64,000 nucleotides of DNA. Source: an uncultured virus (IMG/VR IMGVR_UViG_3300025313_000005) (lineage: Duplodnaviria > Heunggongvirae > Uroviricota > Caudoviricetes). Positions 53,192-62,881 of this stretch are shown piece by piece. The DNA lies in the IMG/VR virus record IMGVR_UViG_3300025313_000005; one strand, 5' to 3'. The position numbers were made by a program, and so were the translations under genes. Positions within the stretch are counted from its first letter, which is position 1; every line of letters starts with the position of its first letter. The notes beneath the pieces were generated by a model. It did not search any database and was not told the DNA's origin. It saw only the letters and a list, made by a program, of their open reading frames with translations.

Positions 53192-53334
53192 CTTATCCTG
53201 TAGAGCACAATGAGCTAAATGGGATGGTGTTATAGATAGTCTACTCGACCACTTATTTGTTATAGTGTTCTTGAAAAATATTATTGTTTAATCAAACAAT
53301 AAATTATACCTAACTTCGCTAACATACATATTAC

Positions 53335-53363
53335 TTGTATATCCTCCTATACTATGCTATTAT
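53335..53363 (+). promoter_or_regulatory. sigma70-type promoter for the lone + strand gene
   Basis: TTGTAT-N17-TATTAT with an extended TG. Confidence 0.45.
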
Positions 53364-53398
53364 TGTCTTTGTAAGCTACCTCAAATAAGAAAGGAGAT

Positions 53399-53629
53399 AT
53401 GTACATGGCTGCTTTCAAAGTTCGCTATATTAAACGTGGACTTAGGAACACTGAGTCTTTTATAGACCATAAGAACGGTATTGTTTTAACCTCAGACAAT
53501 CCCGTTTCCGACGACCTCTCAGGACTTGCTGATTTAAGCATTATCCTACGTGGTCTTAAGATGGACCTTCTTAAGATAGAACAAGGTACGTTAGCTGATA
53601 TCAACGTAACTACAAGTTACCACTACTAA
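53399..53629 (+). CDS. hypothetical protein, isolated counter-oriented transcription unit
   Basis: AAGGAG RBS; own promoter-like site and terminator. Confidence 0.6.
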   Translation: MYMAAFKVRYIKRGLRNTESFIDHKNGIVLTSDNPVSDDLSGLADLSIILRGLKMDLLKIEQGTLADINVTTSYHY

Positions 53630-53710
53630 TTAAAACTTTGTCTTAAAAGACAATCACTAGATAAGATATGGACGAATACAACCCAAAGTTCTGGTGGTTA
53701 TACGATCTGT

Positions 53711-53740
53711 GCGTATCCTTTGGGATACGCTTTTGTTTTT
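53711..53740 (+). terminator. rho-independent terminator
   Basis: GCGTATCC-TTTG-GGATACGC-TTTTGTTTTT. Confidence 0.8.
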
Positions 53741-53931
53741 TATTTGGCTATACCCAATAACATCCCAATAACAAAATCTGGCGTAGCTATACCACTAGTC
53801 ATTGTTGGTGGTATAGCACGATTAAAACAACACATATAACTACTAGCAATTATATAAAGCACTGAAGCATTACTACCACAGTAACAATTAAGAACGGCAT
53901 TATTGCTATATGTAATTATATCATAAATCAT
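53740..53931 (-). CDS. C-terminal-box family protein
   Basis: ends ATPDFVIGMLLGIAK. Confidence 0.55.
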   Translation of the reverse strand: MIYDIITYSNNAVLNCYCGSNASVLYIIASSYMCCFNRAIPPTMTSGIATPDFVIGMLLGIAK

Positions 53932-54119
53932 TATCGTCTATACACACTTTCAAGCACTCTTCACATAAAGTCATAGGAGAGTTAACTGATATTTCTCCAC
54001 AATTATCACACACATAGTCACCACTATCATACATTAAGTCATCTTTTTTATTCATATCTATCTCCTATAATATTAAGTAGTAATCTACATATTCTCTCAG
54101 TGGTTGCCTCATCATTCCA

Positions 54120-55397
54120 TTAAGTACCCTGCATAATCACACTACTACCCCAAGGAGCAGCTCTATCATGATCTTTAGTATATACCCATAGTACGGGGAA
54201 CTTGGGTTTATCTTGTGGTGCAGTACCACAACCATCTGTAAAATAAACTACACCATCAAAAGATAATCTCTTTTCGGCTATGTAATCAAATGCAGGTCTA
54301 AAATCAGTACCTCCCCTACCTGTAAATTCATGAACTTCTTTACGTTTGAACTTATATACAGCTCCAACCCTTGCATCTGATTCTATAATGGTTAGTTCTG
54401 TACTTTTATATCTTGATATAGTATTGAGCTCGTTTAGGAAAGCTGATAATTGCTTATTGTTTATCGATCCAGATGTATCTATAATAGCACACAGGTTGAG
54501 CTTACGCTCCCTGCAATATCCTGGCGGTAGCTGTAACCTACGATTATAACGTTTGAGCGTATAACGCCTGGTATTATTGCGTGTGCTAGTTACAAATCTA
54601 CGAAGAACTACATTCCAAGGTACTTCACTATTTAATATTCTTCTAATAAGAGATTTAATTTGTCCTGGCAGTTTCCCTTGTGTTTTAATATAAGCTTCTT
54701 GGAGCTCACCTTTTATTATACCTTCATAGTATTTTTTACTTATATCTTTATAATCAGCCATGTCTTCTTCATCTGGAGTACCCCACATGCTATGGTCATC
54801 TATCATCTTTACCTCAGCTTTCCCTCCACCAGGCATTTTTAATTCTCCATCTTGCTCTATTTTCTGACGTAAGAATTGATAGTAAACATTTGCAGAACTA
54901 AACCTAGAAGGAAAGTCATGATACTGCTCAAGAAATCCATCATAAGTTATATTTTCTTTTTCTAAAAAGTTAGATTCCATAAACTCATTAACCACAATAT
55001 CACAAGCAATATTCCATAAAGTATGCTCTAAGACAATGGGTGTTCTTATTGGATGCATCATTATTATGTGTAGAAATTCATGTTCTAAGACTGTCTGTAT
55101 CTGATTCTGATTAAGCGATAAGACATAATGTGGATTAATACATAATATCAGACTTGTCGCACTCATACCTACACCCATTGTTGGGACGTTTTTGGTGCTA
55201 AAGATACGCTTAAACCGCATAAGAAGATAAGCATATAATGCTTTATCTCCTGCAATTATCATGGAAGCAAGAGCGCTAGCAAATACCTGTTCTGCTTTTT
55301 TATACTCTACAGGACTCGCATCTTCCCCACTAGCCCACTTGGGTAGTTCTTTTTTATCTACACTAGCAATACCATTATCAGCAATATCATTAGACAC
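54120..55397 (-). CDS. metallopeptidase-VWA fusion (DUF2201-like), MoxR partner
   Basis: VLEHEFLH, WNIACD..VN, DDHSMW, IDTSGSI (MIDAS), GRGGTDF and YFTDG; likely GTG start at 55397. Confidence 0.85.
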   Translation of the reverse strand: MSNDIADNGIASVDKKELPKWASGEDASPVEYKKAEQVFASALASMIIAGDKALYAYLLMRFKRIFSTKNVPTMGVGMSATSLILCINPHYVLSLNQNQIQTVLEHEFLHIIMMHPIRTPIVLEHTLWNIACDIVVNEFMESNFLEKENITYDGFLEQYHDFPSRFSSANVYYQFLRQKIEQDGELKMPGGGKAEVKMIDDHSMWGTPDEEDMADYKDISKKYYEGIIKGELQEAYIKTQGKLPGQIKSLIRRILNSEVPWNVVLRRFVTSTRNNTRRYTLKRYNRRLQLPPGYCRERKLNLCAIIDTSGSINNKQLSAFLNELNTISRYKSTELTIIESDARVGAVYKFKRKEVHEFTGRGGTDFRPAFDYIAEKRLSFDGVVYFTDGCGTAPQDKPKFPVLWVYTKDHDRAAPWGSSVIMQGT

Positions 55398-56556
55398 TTG
55401 CTGTTGCCTTCTTCTTTTCTTTCTCTTCCAACTCCAACTCTTGTTCAAGTAGTGTATCAAAGATATCTATCAGATGATGTTCGTTAGCAACATCTCTTGT
55501 CCTAACCACTTGACTAAACACTTCTTTATTTCTACATATTAATTTAAACAGATTAAACAATCTTTGGTTACAACCTATTGCTCTCATAAAACTTACAACT
55601 AAATCAAGAGGAAGATCTATTATTAATAAACATATACTCTCGACAAAGCTAGACTGAGTAATGTTAGAGTCTATATACTTGTCAAGATACCTAGCCGTGT
55701 CATCTAATCCACGAGACAATACATCCATCTGTTGGTTTTGAATAAGCTTCTGAATTTTAGTGCGAATTTTTTTATAGTTTTCTACAAGAAGTTTAGAATC
55801 TAATGGTTGGTATTTGTCAATAACAAATCTCTTATATGATAGTCCACCAGCCTCACCGATATTGCCCATAGCAATATCTAGAAATAAATCATAATCTTTC
55901 TTCTCAATGAATTTATCCAACTCAACTAACTTAAGTGCATTGCTTAAGCGTTCCCAACCTCTACGAGTTGGATAGGCTTGCCCCTTACTTGGGTCAAGAT
56001 ATATATTATCTTGCTTAATAAATTCGCAGACAGATTTGCATATATTATTTTTCTCTGCCCAACTCAACCACTCTTCAACTGTTGGTTCATATATTACTTT
56101 CCAGAACCTATCTTGCAACGCTATATCTAATGGAGATACATCATATCCATCTATCTCAGGATTTATAGCTGAGACAACAATACAATCTAGAGGCAATGTA
56201 TGTGTATGTAATTTGAAATCTCTCACTAATTGAAAGATAGCTTGTTTTACATCCTGGGTACCACGATTTAATTCATCTAAAAAGATAACAACTTTCTCGC
56301 CCTCTTTAGGCCACCAACTTGGGGGAGCCCAATAGGTATAACCGTCTTTAACTATAGGCATACCTATTAAATCAGCCACTTCTTGCTGCCCTAATCTTAA
56401 ATCTGCCAAACGATAACCTAATTCGCTTGCGACTTCAGCAACAACAGCCGACTTCCCTATTCCATGCACCCCTTCTATCAGTAATGATACTCGATTACCG
56501 TTACCACTGTTCTGAATAAGTTTTCTTAGTACCTCTTGTAGCTGTAAAGTATTCAC
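55390..56556 (-). CDS. MoxR-type AAA+ ATPase
   Basis: GVHGIGKS, DLIGMP, IFLDELNR, AINP, ALQDRF and TRRGWE. Confidence 0.88.
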   Translation of the reverse strand: MNTLQLQEVLRKLIQNSGNGNRVSLLIEGVHGIGKSAVVAEVASELGYRLADLRLGQQEVADLIGMPIVKDGYTYWAPPSWWPKEGEKVVIFLDELNRGTQDVKQAIFQLVRDFKLHTHTLPLDCIVVSAINPEIDGYDVSPLDIALQDRFWKVIYEPTVEEWLSWAEKNNICKSVCEFIKQDNIYLDPSKGQAYPTRRGWERLSNALKLVELDKFIEKKDYDLFLDIAMGNIGEAGGLSYKRFVIDKYQPLDSKLLVENYKKIRTKIQKLIQNQQMDVLSRGLDDTARYLDKYIDSNITQSSFVESICLLIIDLPLDLVVSFMRAIGCNQRLFNLFKLICRNKEVFSQVVRTRDVANEHHLIDIFDTLLEQELELEEKEKKKATASV

Positions 56557-56618
56557 CTACCAATACCTCTTTCTTTATTATATTCTAATATCAATACCCA
56601 GTAATGCTCTTACTATAT

Positions 56619-57605
56619 CTACACATATTGTTTTCTCATATAAGCCAGATCAGCCTTACCGAGCTCTTCTCCTAATACATCTAGTTCTATTAACCTTATT
56701 TTATGTCCCATAATCTCACATACATGTGTATTATCTTTAAACCAACGTATGGTCTTAGGATTAATATCTTTTAATCTACTTGCTTCATCTTGATATTGCT
56801 CTCTTGCTTTAAACATATGAGCTGGACATGTATTTTCCTCTAAAGACATTTGCCTTAATTTGACAATACTTAAATACCTACTTTCGTCTTCCCCTCTCGG
56901 ACGTGACATTGTTTGTGGCTCGCCTTGTGTTCTAACATATCCCCTATCTTTCTGTACTCTGGAATATCCATGGCTTTGATCGGAGTTCCATGTTGCATTA
57001 ATATTATTAGTTATCTCTTTATCTACAAACGCACCAGTTACAGCACACCGCCATAAAGGAAGATGTGGTTGATCTTTTATGTCCTGAACACTTCTCTCGT
57101 AGGGTTGATTTCTAAAGCTGTTTTCTTTATCTCTACATGCGAAGGAGCAATTACTACAATTACGATATTGACTTACGTTATTATTACGTCTGTAAGCAGG
57201 CCACTCTTCTCCATACAATCCTTTAACAACCAGTCTAGGTACTCCATAGAATAATACGGGCGATATATTTCTTCCTAGATTATAACCATCTAGGATATTT
57301 ATCTGAGGAATACCTGGCTGATAAGTGCGCAGAGCTTGCTGTATCTTACTTAGAATATCACCATCTACCCCTTGCTTTGCAAGGGTAGATGTTATGTGTT
57401 GATTGGTTTCTTGCGTATTACCTAATGCCCAACTAGCCCAAAATCTATAACCAATTGTTTGGGTAGTATCCTTAATCTTATATATCCACCCCCTATAAGA
57501 TATACTATTGCTTTCATCTACTATGAAATCAAACTGAGCAATACGTTCATTTCCACTCTTGTTTGTGACGCTACACTTCTGTGCTCTTACATACATGAAC
57601 ATCAC
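56619..57605 (-). CDS. Cys-containing hypothetical protein upstream of the MoxR-VWA pair
   Basis: 328 aa; CSNC...C...CPAH; GAGGTG RBS. Confidence 0.6.
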   Translation of the reverse strand: MMFMYVRAQKCSVTNKSGNERIAQFDFIVDESNSISYRGWIYKIKDTTQTIGYRFWASWALGNTQETNQHITSTLAKQGVDGDILSKIQQALRTYQPGIPQINILDGYNLGRNISPVLFYGVPRLVVKGLYGEEWPAYRRNNNVSQYRNCSNCSFACRDKENSFRNQPYERSVQDIKDQPHLPLWRCAVTGAFVDKEITNNINATWNSDQSHGYSRVQKDRGYVRTQGEPQTMSRPRGEDESRYLSIVKLRQMSLEENTCPAHMFKAREQYQDEASRLKDINPKTIRWFKDNTHVCEIMGHKIRLIELDVLGEELGKADLAYMRKQYV

Positions 57606-57620
57606 CTCTTGTTAAAAGAT

Positions 57621-57716
57621 AGCTTGCGAAGCAAGCTTCGTTTACTTAGACCACCTGAAAAGCAAGACGTCAAGGCTTTAAGCGAAGCGTGCCTTGACGT
57701 TGAAGCTGCAGGTGGT
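57621..57716. other. structured intergenic element, copy 1
   Basis: AGCTTGC-GAA-GCAAGCT hairpin; ACCACCTG...CAGGTGGT enclosing ACGTCAAGGC...GCCTTGACGT. Confidence 0.8.
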
Positions 57717-57738
57717 TGCAGTTTATTTTAATTTTTCT

Positions 57739-57999
57739 TTATATATTTAATAATATTCTTGCTAGATTACTAGGCGTTGCAGGTGTAGGTGAAACATTAT
57801 TGAAATCAGAATATATCCCTGGTTGATGGACTTTCTTTATAACAGATGGTGTAATATAAGTAATTGAATTTGCTTTTAAGAACTGATTATTATCAAATCT
57901 ACTATCATATATCTCGTAAACTTTACTTCTTAGTAAGTATGATATACCCATAATATTGATAGTTAAATATATTTCATACGGAAGTAATTGATTAGACAT
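57739..57999 (-). CDS. C-terminal-box family protein
   Basis: ends ATPSNLARILLNI. Confidence 0.6.
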   Translation of the reverse strand: MSNQLLPYEIYLTINIMGISYLLRSKVYEIYDSRFDNNQFLKANSITYITPSVIKKVHQPGIYSDFNNVSPTPATPSNLARILLNI

Positions 58000-58394
58000 G
58001 TGTTTCTTCTTCTTATGAAATACCTAGTAATAACATAGACACATTTCTCTCTTAGCTCCTGCCAATGTCTGGATATGCTTTTGGGGCTGCAGGATAATTA
58101 GTACCTCTTGTAGGTCCATCAGCACCTACCAATGAATTAATTCTACTATGGAAGTGAGGTCTATTGCTACCAAATATCTTAGGGAACATAGACGTACTAA
58201 ATTCTTGCACGGTTATTATCTCACTAGCAAAGAGAGTTTGTGCTTGAGCCCTAGCATCAATTAAGCTTAATGCATCTATTATAAAATCATCGTAGCCACC
58301 TCTACGGTGGCTTATGTGTACTAAAAATTGAGGCATACTATCTCCTTCTTATGGGTATTCCTAGTAATGCTGAAACTAATATATATAGAAATAC

Positions 58395-58769
58395 TCATAG
58401 TGGTCTCAGATGTAATTCTATTTTATCTTCGTACGTATTAATATCACAGTTAGAACACGAACATATAATGAGAAACCCCCTACCATTTTCTGGAAGTTCT
58501 CCATCAATAGAACATAGGCTATCGATTGGTAGACCCTGAGATATTATCCTTACGCCATCGGCCTTATCCACAACTAAATCAAACATATGAGATGGAGTGT
58601 GTAGTGCGTTAATGGCCGCTTCATGGAAAGCCACGGCTAATTGAATACCAAATAATCTACATACAGCCCTTCTAAGGGCTCTTATTTGTAGTCTATCTGA
58701 TGCATCATATGAACCCTCATGCCTATTGTTCAATTTAATATCATGGCGTAAACCAGTGAGTAATCCCAT
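58395..58769 (-). CDS. RsbW/SpoIIAB-like anti-sigma factor (HATPase_c fold)
   Basis: LAVAFHEAAINA (N-box) and ENGRGFLII (G2 box). Confidence 0.6.
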   Translation of the reverse strand: MGLLTGLRHDIKLNNRHEGSYDASDRLQIRALRRAVCRLFGIQLAVAFHEAAINALHTPSHMFDLVVDKADGVRIISQGLPIDSLCSIDGELPENGRGFLIICSCSNCDINTYEDKIELHLRPL

Positions 58770-58774
58770 GTCAG

Positions 58775-58996
58775 CTACCTCCTTAAGTTAAGTAACATAA
58801 TAACCATGTGTGATAGAGTACAAAAACACTCCTCGTCCCTATTAAGAGGGTCTGCATGTTTTATTGGTGTATCCTCCTGAATTCCATGAGGATTTATCGT
58901 GATAAATCTACAAAAATTATTCTCATAACATATATGTAGGTAGTTTATTGTACACTTCATTGAATGATATACGGCTACAGGGTTCATATTATTCAT
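58775..58996 (-). CDS. C-terminal-box family protein (divergent)
   Basis: ends CTLSHMVIMLLNLRR. Confidence 0.45.
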   Translation of the reverse strand: MNNMNPVAVYHSMKCTINYLHICYENNFCRFITINPHGIQEDTPIKHADPLNRDEECFCTLSHMVIMLLNLRR

Positions 58997-59594
58997 TGCT
59001 TTAATTCATATGTGCATTCGGCATATGTTCTGGTTTATGTCCTGTTTCTTCTTTGTATCTCTCCACAATATTATCTACTACCTCTTGTGCTTCTTCGTGG
59101 GTATCAAATATAACTTGAAATATCTTATTTGTATCACCATCTTCTACTCGAACGATCCATTTATTAGTCATAACACTATAACCTAATTGTAATCTAGCTG
59201 GCATAAACTTCTCCTTCTTATATTAAATTTAGTATATGTTTAGTAATTGTTTAACCAGTATATATAGCGATGCCAAATGCTTCAATTCCTCTCTCTATAC
59301 TCTCTTAGTCATAGGCTTTATAGATAGTAAGGCATGGTCCCGCAGGAGGAACCAATACCAATTGAGTATCCCTCCTATGTTTCATCTTAACAGGTATAAA
59401 TATCTGCCTATCTTGTAACCATGTAGCTATTATAGATGTGCTTAATCTATACCTACCTTTTTGAATTATATTTTTAGGTTTACGTCTAAGACTTAGTTTA
59501 TTCTTCTGCATGTAAAATATGGTTCTCCTCTTCTTCGTCGTAAATAGAGCCATCTATGGCGCTTTATCCACGGTCCTATCGTGGAGGGGAATAG

Positions 59595-59855
59595 CTAAAT
59601 ATTTAATAGTGTTTTACAAAACGAACTTAAACAAGCGATATCATCTTCATATAATAAATTGATAAGCGCAGTACCTGATGCAGATGTTATAATATTAGGA
59701 TAAACATAATATGATTTATAGTTTCTACACCAACCGACGCTAGACATTGAGCCCTCATATATAACCATTATGCCTTCAGAATTAAAAGGCTTAGTAGTAG
59801 GATCGGGTAAGTTAAGGATCTTATTTATTCTTTCCATAGAAGATAGCCACAGCAT
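59595..59855 (-). CDS. C-terminal-box family protein
   Basis: ends ACLSSFCKTLLNI. Confidence 0.5.
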   Translation of the reverse strand: MLWLSSMERINKILNLPDPTTKPFNSEGIMVIYEGSMSSVGWCRNYKSYYVYPNIITSASGTALINLLYEDDIACLSSFCKTLLNI

Positions 59856-60050
59856 GGTTTGCCATAGTGTGGTGGTTTCTTATAATGTCTAAAATAGTAA
59901 TCATAGTTGTATCCCTTTGGATAGTTACGAAAGTACATCTCCTCTTTAGCATATGTATGTGTTGCTTCATAAAGAACTATTAAGGCGCGTGGTATAAAAT
60001 TCCTTATCCAAAAATTTATTAGCATTGTGGGGTTCAAATACAAATACGCT

Positions 60051-60965
60051 TTATATGTGAACATTTACTTGTCCGTCCTTAACTACTAATTCGTCATATG
60101 TTTTAGTTTGTAATCCCTTATGTAATACTAGTGTAGCCATAGATACTACATCACAATATTTAATGGTAGCTACAGGATAATAATTAATATTTAATTCCTT
60201 AGCCATATCTTTAATAACCCGCCATACCGCATCGATTTGATCTTCTGCTTTATCTTTTTTATCTTTAATATATTTAGTTGTTCCCCTAGCTCGCATCATC
60301 GTAATAGCTAATTGTCCGCCATGATGAAGCTTACTTAATGCTAGCTCAATTGTTTTACCTTCTTCCGCCTTGACCTTGCCACAATAATCCAAATAAATCA
60401 GATCGTATTTGTTTTTTGTATCCCATAAGAACTCATAGATATTCTCATGATGTACGTGAACATTGTTCTTATAGGCTGCTCGTGCTTTAACAGCAGCACA
60501 AACATAGCTGTGTATGTTGTGTTCTATTGAGTCTATTTGTGTACCAGGATTATACTTTAATATCTCTGGTATATCATGTAGGTATGGTCCACCTAGAATA
60601 AGTATTTTAGGCTGTTTCTTACTATATAGACTTCGCTTGGCATATCTATACACAAGCTGTCTATTGATAGCTTTATTAATACCATCAAAAGGTAGTTGTT
60701 GCTTAATCCTATCTATTAAATCACTAGATTTATTTAGAGTAATAACATTAGCAGTACGATAACCTTTATTAAATTGAATTAACCCAAGCTTATGCATACG
60801 TTGAATGAATCCACGCGCTTCAACGTAACTCTTATATCTACGTAACTCTGGTACAGATCTATAGAGGTCCGCAATAGAGTCTACTTGTTTGTGTTGTTCC
60901 AAATAGTCAATAGTAGCCTGCATGCGGTCTACTGCTTTCTTGCGAGTAATAGATGGATTACTCAT
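60051..60965 (-). CDS. winged-HTH plus SAM-dependent methyltransferase-like fusion
   Basis: N-terminal MHKLGLIQF wHTH-like segment; ILILGG, DSIE and YDLIYLDYCG Rossmann motifs. Confidence 0.6.
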   Translation of the reverse strand: MSNPSITRKKAVDRMQATIDYLEQHKQVDSIADLYRSVPELRRYKSYVEARGFIQRMHKLGLIQFNKGYRTANVITLNKSSDLIDRIKQQLPFDGINKAINRQLVYRYAKRSLYSKKQPKILILGGPYLHDIPEILKYNPGTQIDSIEHNIHSYVCAAVKARAAYKNNVHVHHENIYEFLWDTKNKYDLIYLDYCGKVKAEEGKTIELALSKLHHGGQLAITMMRARGTTKYIKDKKDKAEDQIDAVWRVIKDMAKELNINYYPVATIKYCDVVSMATLVLHKGLQTKTYDELVVKDGQVNVHI

Positions 60966-61024
60966 AGGAAGATCCTTCTTTCTCTAGATTGCTTCTTTAA
61001 TCTTACTTATATTTATACTAGTAG

Positions 61025-61222
61025 TCATATTCCTAGTAATAATTTACATACCATATGAGGTGTTGCAATATCTTCACTAGAACATATCTTACTTTGATCA
61101 TATTTTTGTGATCGTGATATGATAGCATTTCTAAATATACCAACGAGGAATAAAACTTCACCCGTATCATTTCCAGTTTTATCAATGTGAACATTAGCAT
61201 AACCAAATATCCACTTCTCCAT
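61025..61222 (-). CDS. C-terminal-box family protein
   Basis: ends ATPHMVCKLLLGI. Confidence 0.6.
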   Translation of the reverse strand: MEKWIFGYANVHIDKTGNDTGEVLFLVGIFRNAIISRSQKYDQSKICSSEDIATPHMVCKLLLGI

Positions 61223-61829
61223 TTCGGTTATTAGTTACATTTAATAACCCATCAGTCTTCTCATAAGTGACTCACAGAAGGCAAGATTACCATCTCTACA
61301 CATCTGTAATTTCATAGAGAACTCATAGTCATTCATGGGTGGTTGTGTATATGATGAGTTAGCTTCGTAATATGTACGATTAGGTACATAGCCTGGTTGA
61401 ATAGGTATTGTTTGCAGGTTATATGGTCTAGGGTATGGCTCATAATACTGTTGTTGATAGATTGGATAAGGTTGGCATCTATGCTGTCCTTGTATAGCCT
61501 GAGTTAAAGTTAGAATACCAATAGCTAGGTTAATTGGATTAATCTGATCTGCATAAGATACCCTAACTGGTATTAAACATATGGCTAATAACAATATACA
61601 CACTGTTTTATTTGCTGTTCTCATTGAATAACCCCATTCCTGTTAAAAATGACATAGGAAATGCTATAGCACAACTTAGAATGATTCCCAATAACATATC
61701 AATATTATGATCTATATAATACAAAGTACTAGCTGCGCCGTATTGGAACACTGTTATTATTAGTATATTAATTAATACTTTTAATATTATATTTAACTTC
61801 ATAATTACCTCCACTTTTATTGACTACGC

Positions 61830-62060
61830 TTATATCCCCAGTAGTATTCGTGCAATAACAGACGGTGTAGACTTTTCATAATTATCTCTTGGACGCATTT
61901 TTCTGACTCGTTGTTTTGATGAATCAATATACGTAGAAAAAACCAATATATCAGAAGATATATTGGCTTGTAATTTTAATATCAAAGTTGCCGCATGTTT
62001 TGCACGTAATGTACGTTTTCTATCATCAAATATTTCAATGTTTTGATTAGTCATTTTCAT
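61830..62060 (-). CDS. C-terminal-box family protein
   Basis: ends STPSVIARILLGI. Confidence 0.6.
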   Translation of the reverse strand: MKMTNQNIEIFDDRKRTLRAKHAATLILKLQANISSDILVFSTYIDSSKQRVRKMRPRDNYEKSTPSVIARILLGI

Positions 62061-62329
62061 ACATCCAACTATAGAATACAGGATCTATGCCAGAATTGCA
62101 TATTCTATTCTCTAATATCTTAACTAGACACGTAGAACTACACGTGTATATGTTATCCGACTTTAATTTAAAGAGAGCGAGTTCCTTACAATACCCACAT
62201 ATCTCTTTGTTGGGAACTATAGTTTCTACTAAATTATGAAAGATCATATACTTCATAATATGTTACACCCCTAATAATTGACGTACTAGTGTACTTGAAC
62301 TAGCTACTCGATCTTTATAAAGAGGAGGC

Positions 62330-62361
62330 GCAGGAGCGCCCCCTCTATTAGGCGCTCCTGC
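62330..62361. terminator. GC-rich hairpin, probable terminator
   Basis: GCAGGAGCGCC-N10-GGCGCTCCTGC. Confidence 0.5.
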
Positions 62362-62385
62362 TATAGGAGGGAAAACAATGTAGTT

Positions 62386-62853
62386 TTACTTATGATTACG
62401 TTCTTCAGCTTTAGTTAACTGATCAATAGGATCTACTATCTGAATATACTCTCTTGTATCCGTTATCATACCACGCTCTATTACTTCACTGGGAGTTGTA
62501 TATGCTTGTTTAAGTTGACTAAAGAATCCAAGCTTACGTATCTGTACTTGAGGACGCATGCGCTCATTAAATGGTTCACTAATACTTATCATATAATCTA
62601 TCTCGTAGGTATTACCATTCTTACCTGTTTTGGGTATACTTACTTTTTGATTTAGTATATTAATTATAACATCTGTCTTTTTGCTCTTAAAGCTCTTATT
62701 GCGTTCACCTGTGGTGAACTTGGCTATAACCCCAGCTAATGCCACCTTAAGAGGTATGGTATCAAATACACGCAGTTCTAATTTGCGCGGAGAATCAACA
62801 GCACCTTGAACCTGACTTGCTACTTCTTCTGTAATTATTTCTTTTATTATCAT
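62386..62853 (-). CDS. hypothetical protein downstream of structured element copy 2
   Basis: AAGGA RBS; 155 aa ORF. Confidence 0.6.
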   Translation of the reverse strand: MIIKEIITEEVASQVQGAVDSPRKLELRVFDTIPLKVALAGVIAKFTTGERNKSFKSKKTDVIINILNQKVSIPKTGKNGNTYEIDYMISISEPFNERMRPQVQIRKLGFFSQLKQAYTTPSEVIERGMITDTREYIQIVDPIDQLTKAEERNHK

Positions 62854-62881
62854 ATCCTTATGCTCCTTTTAAATTAAGATG

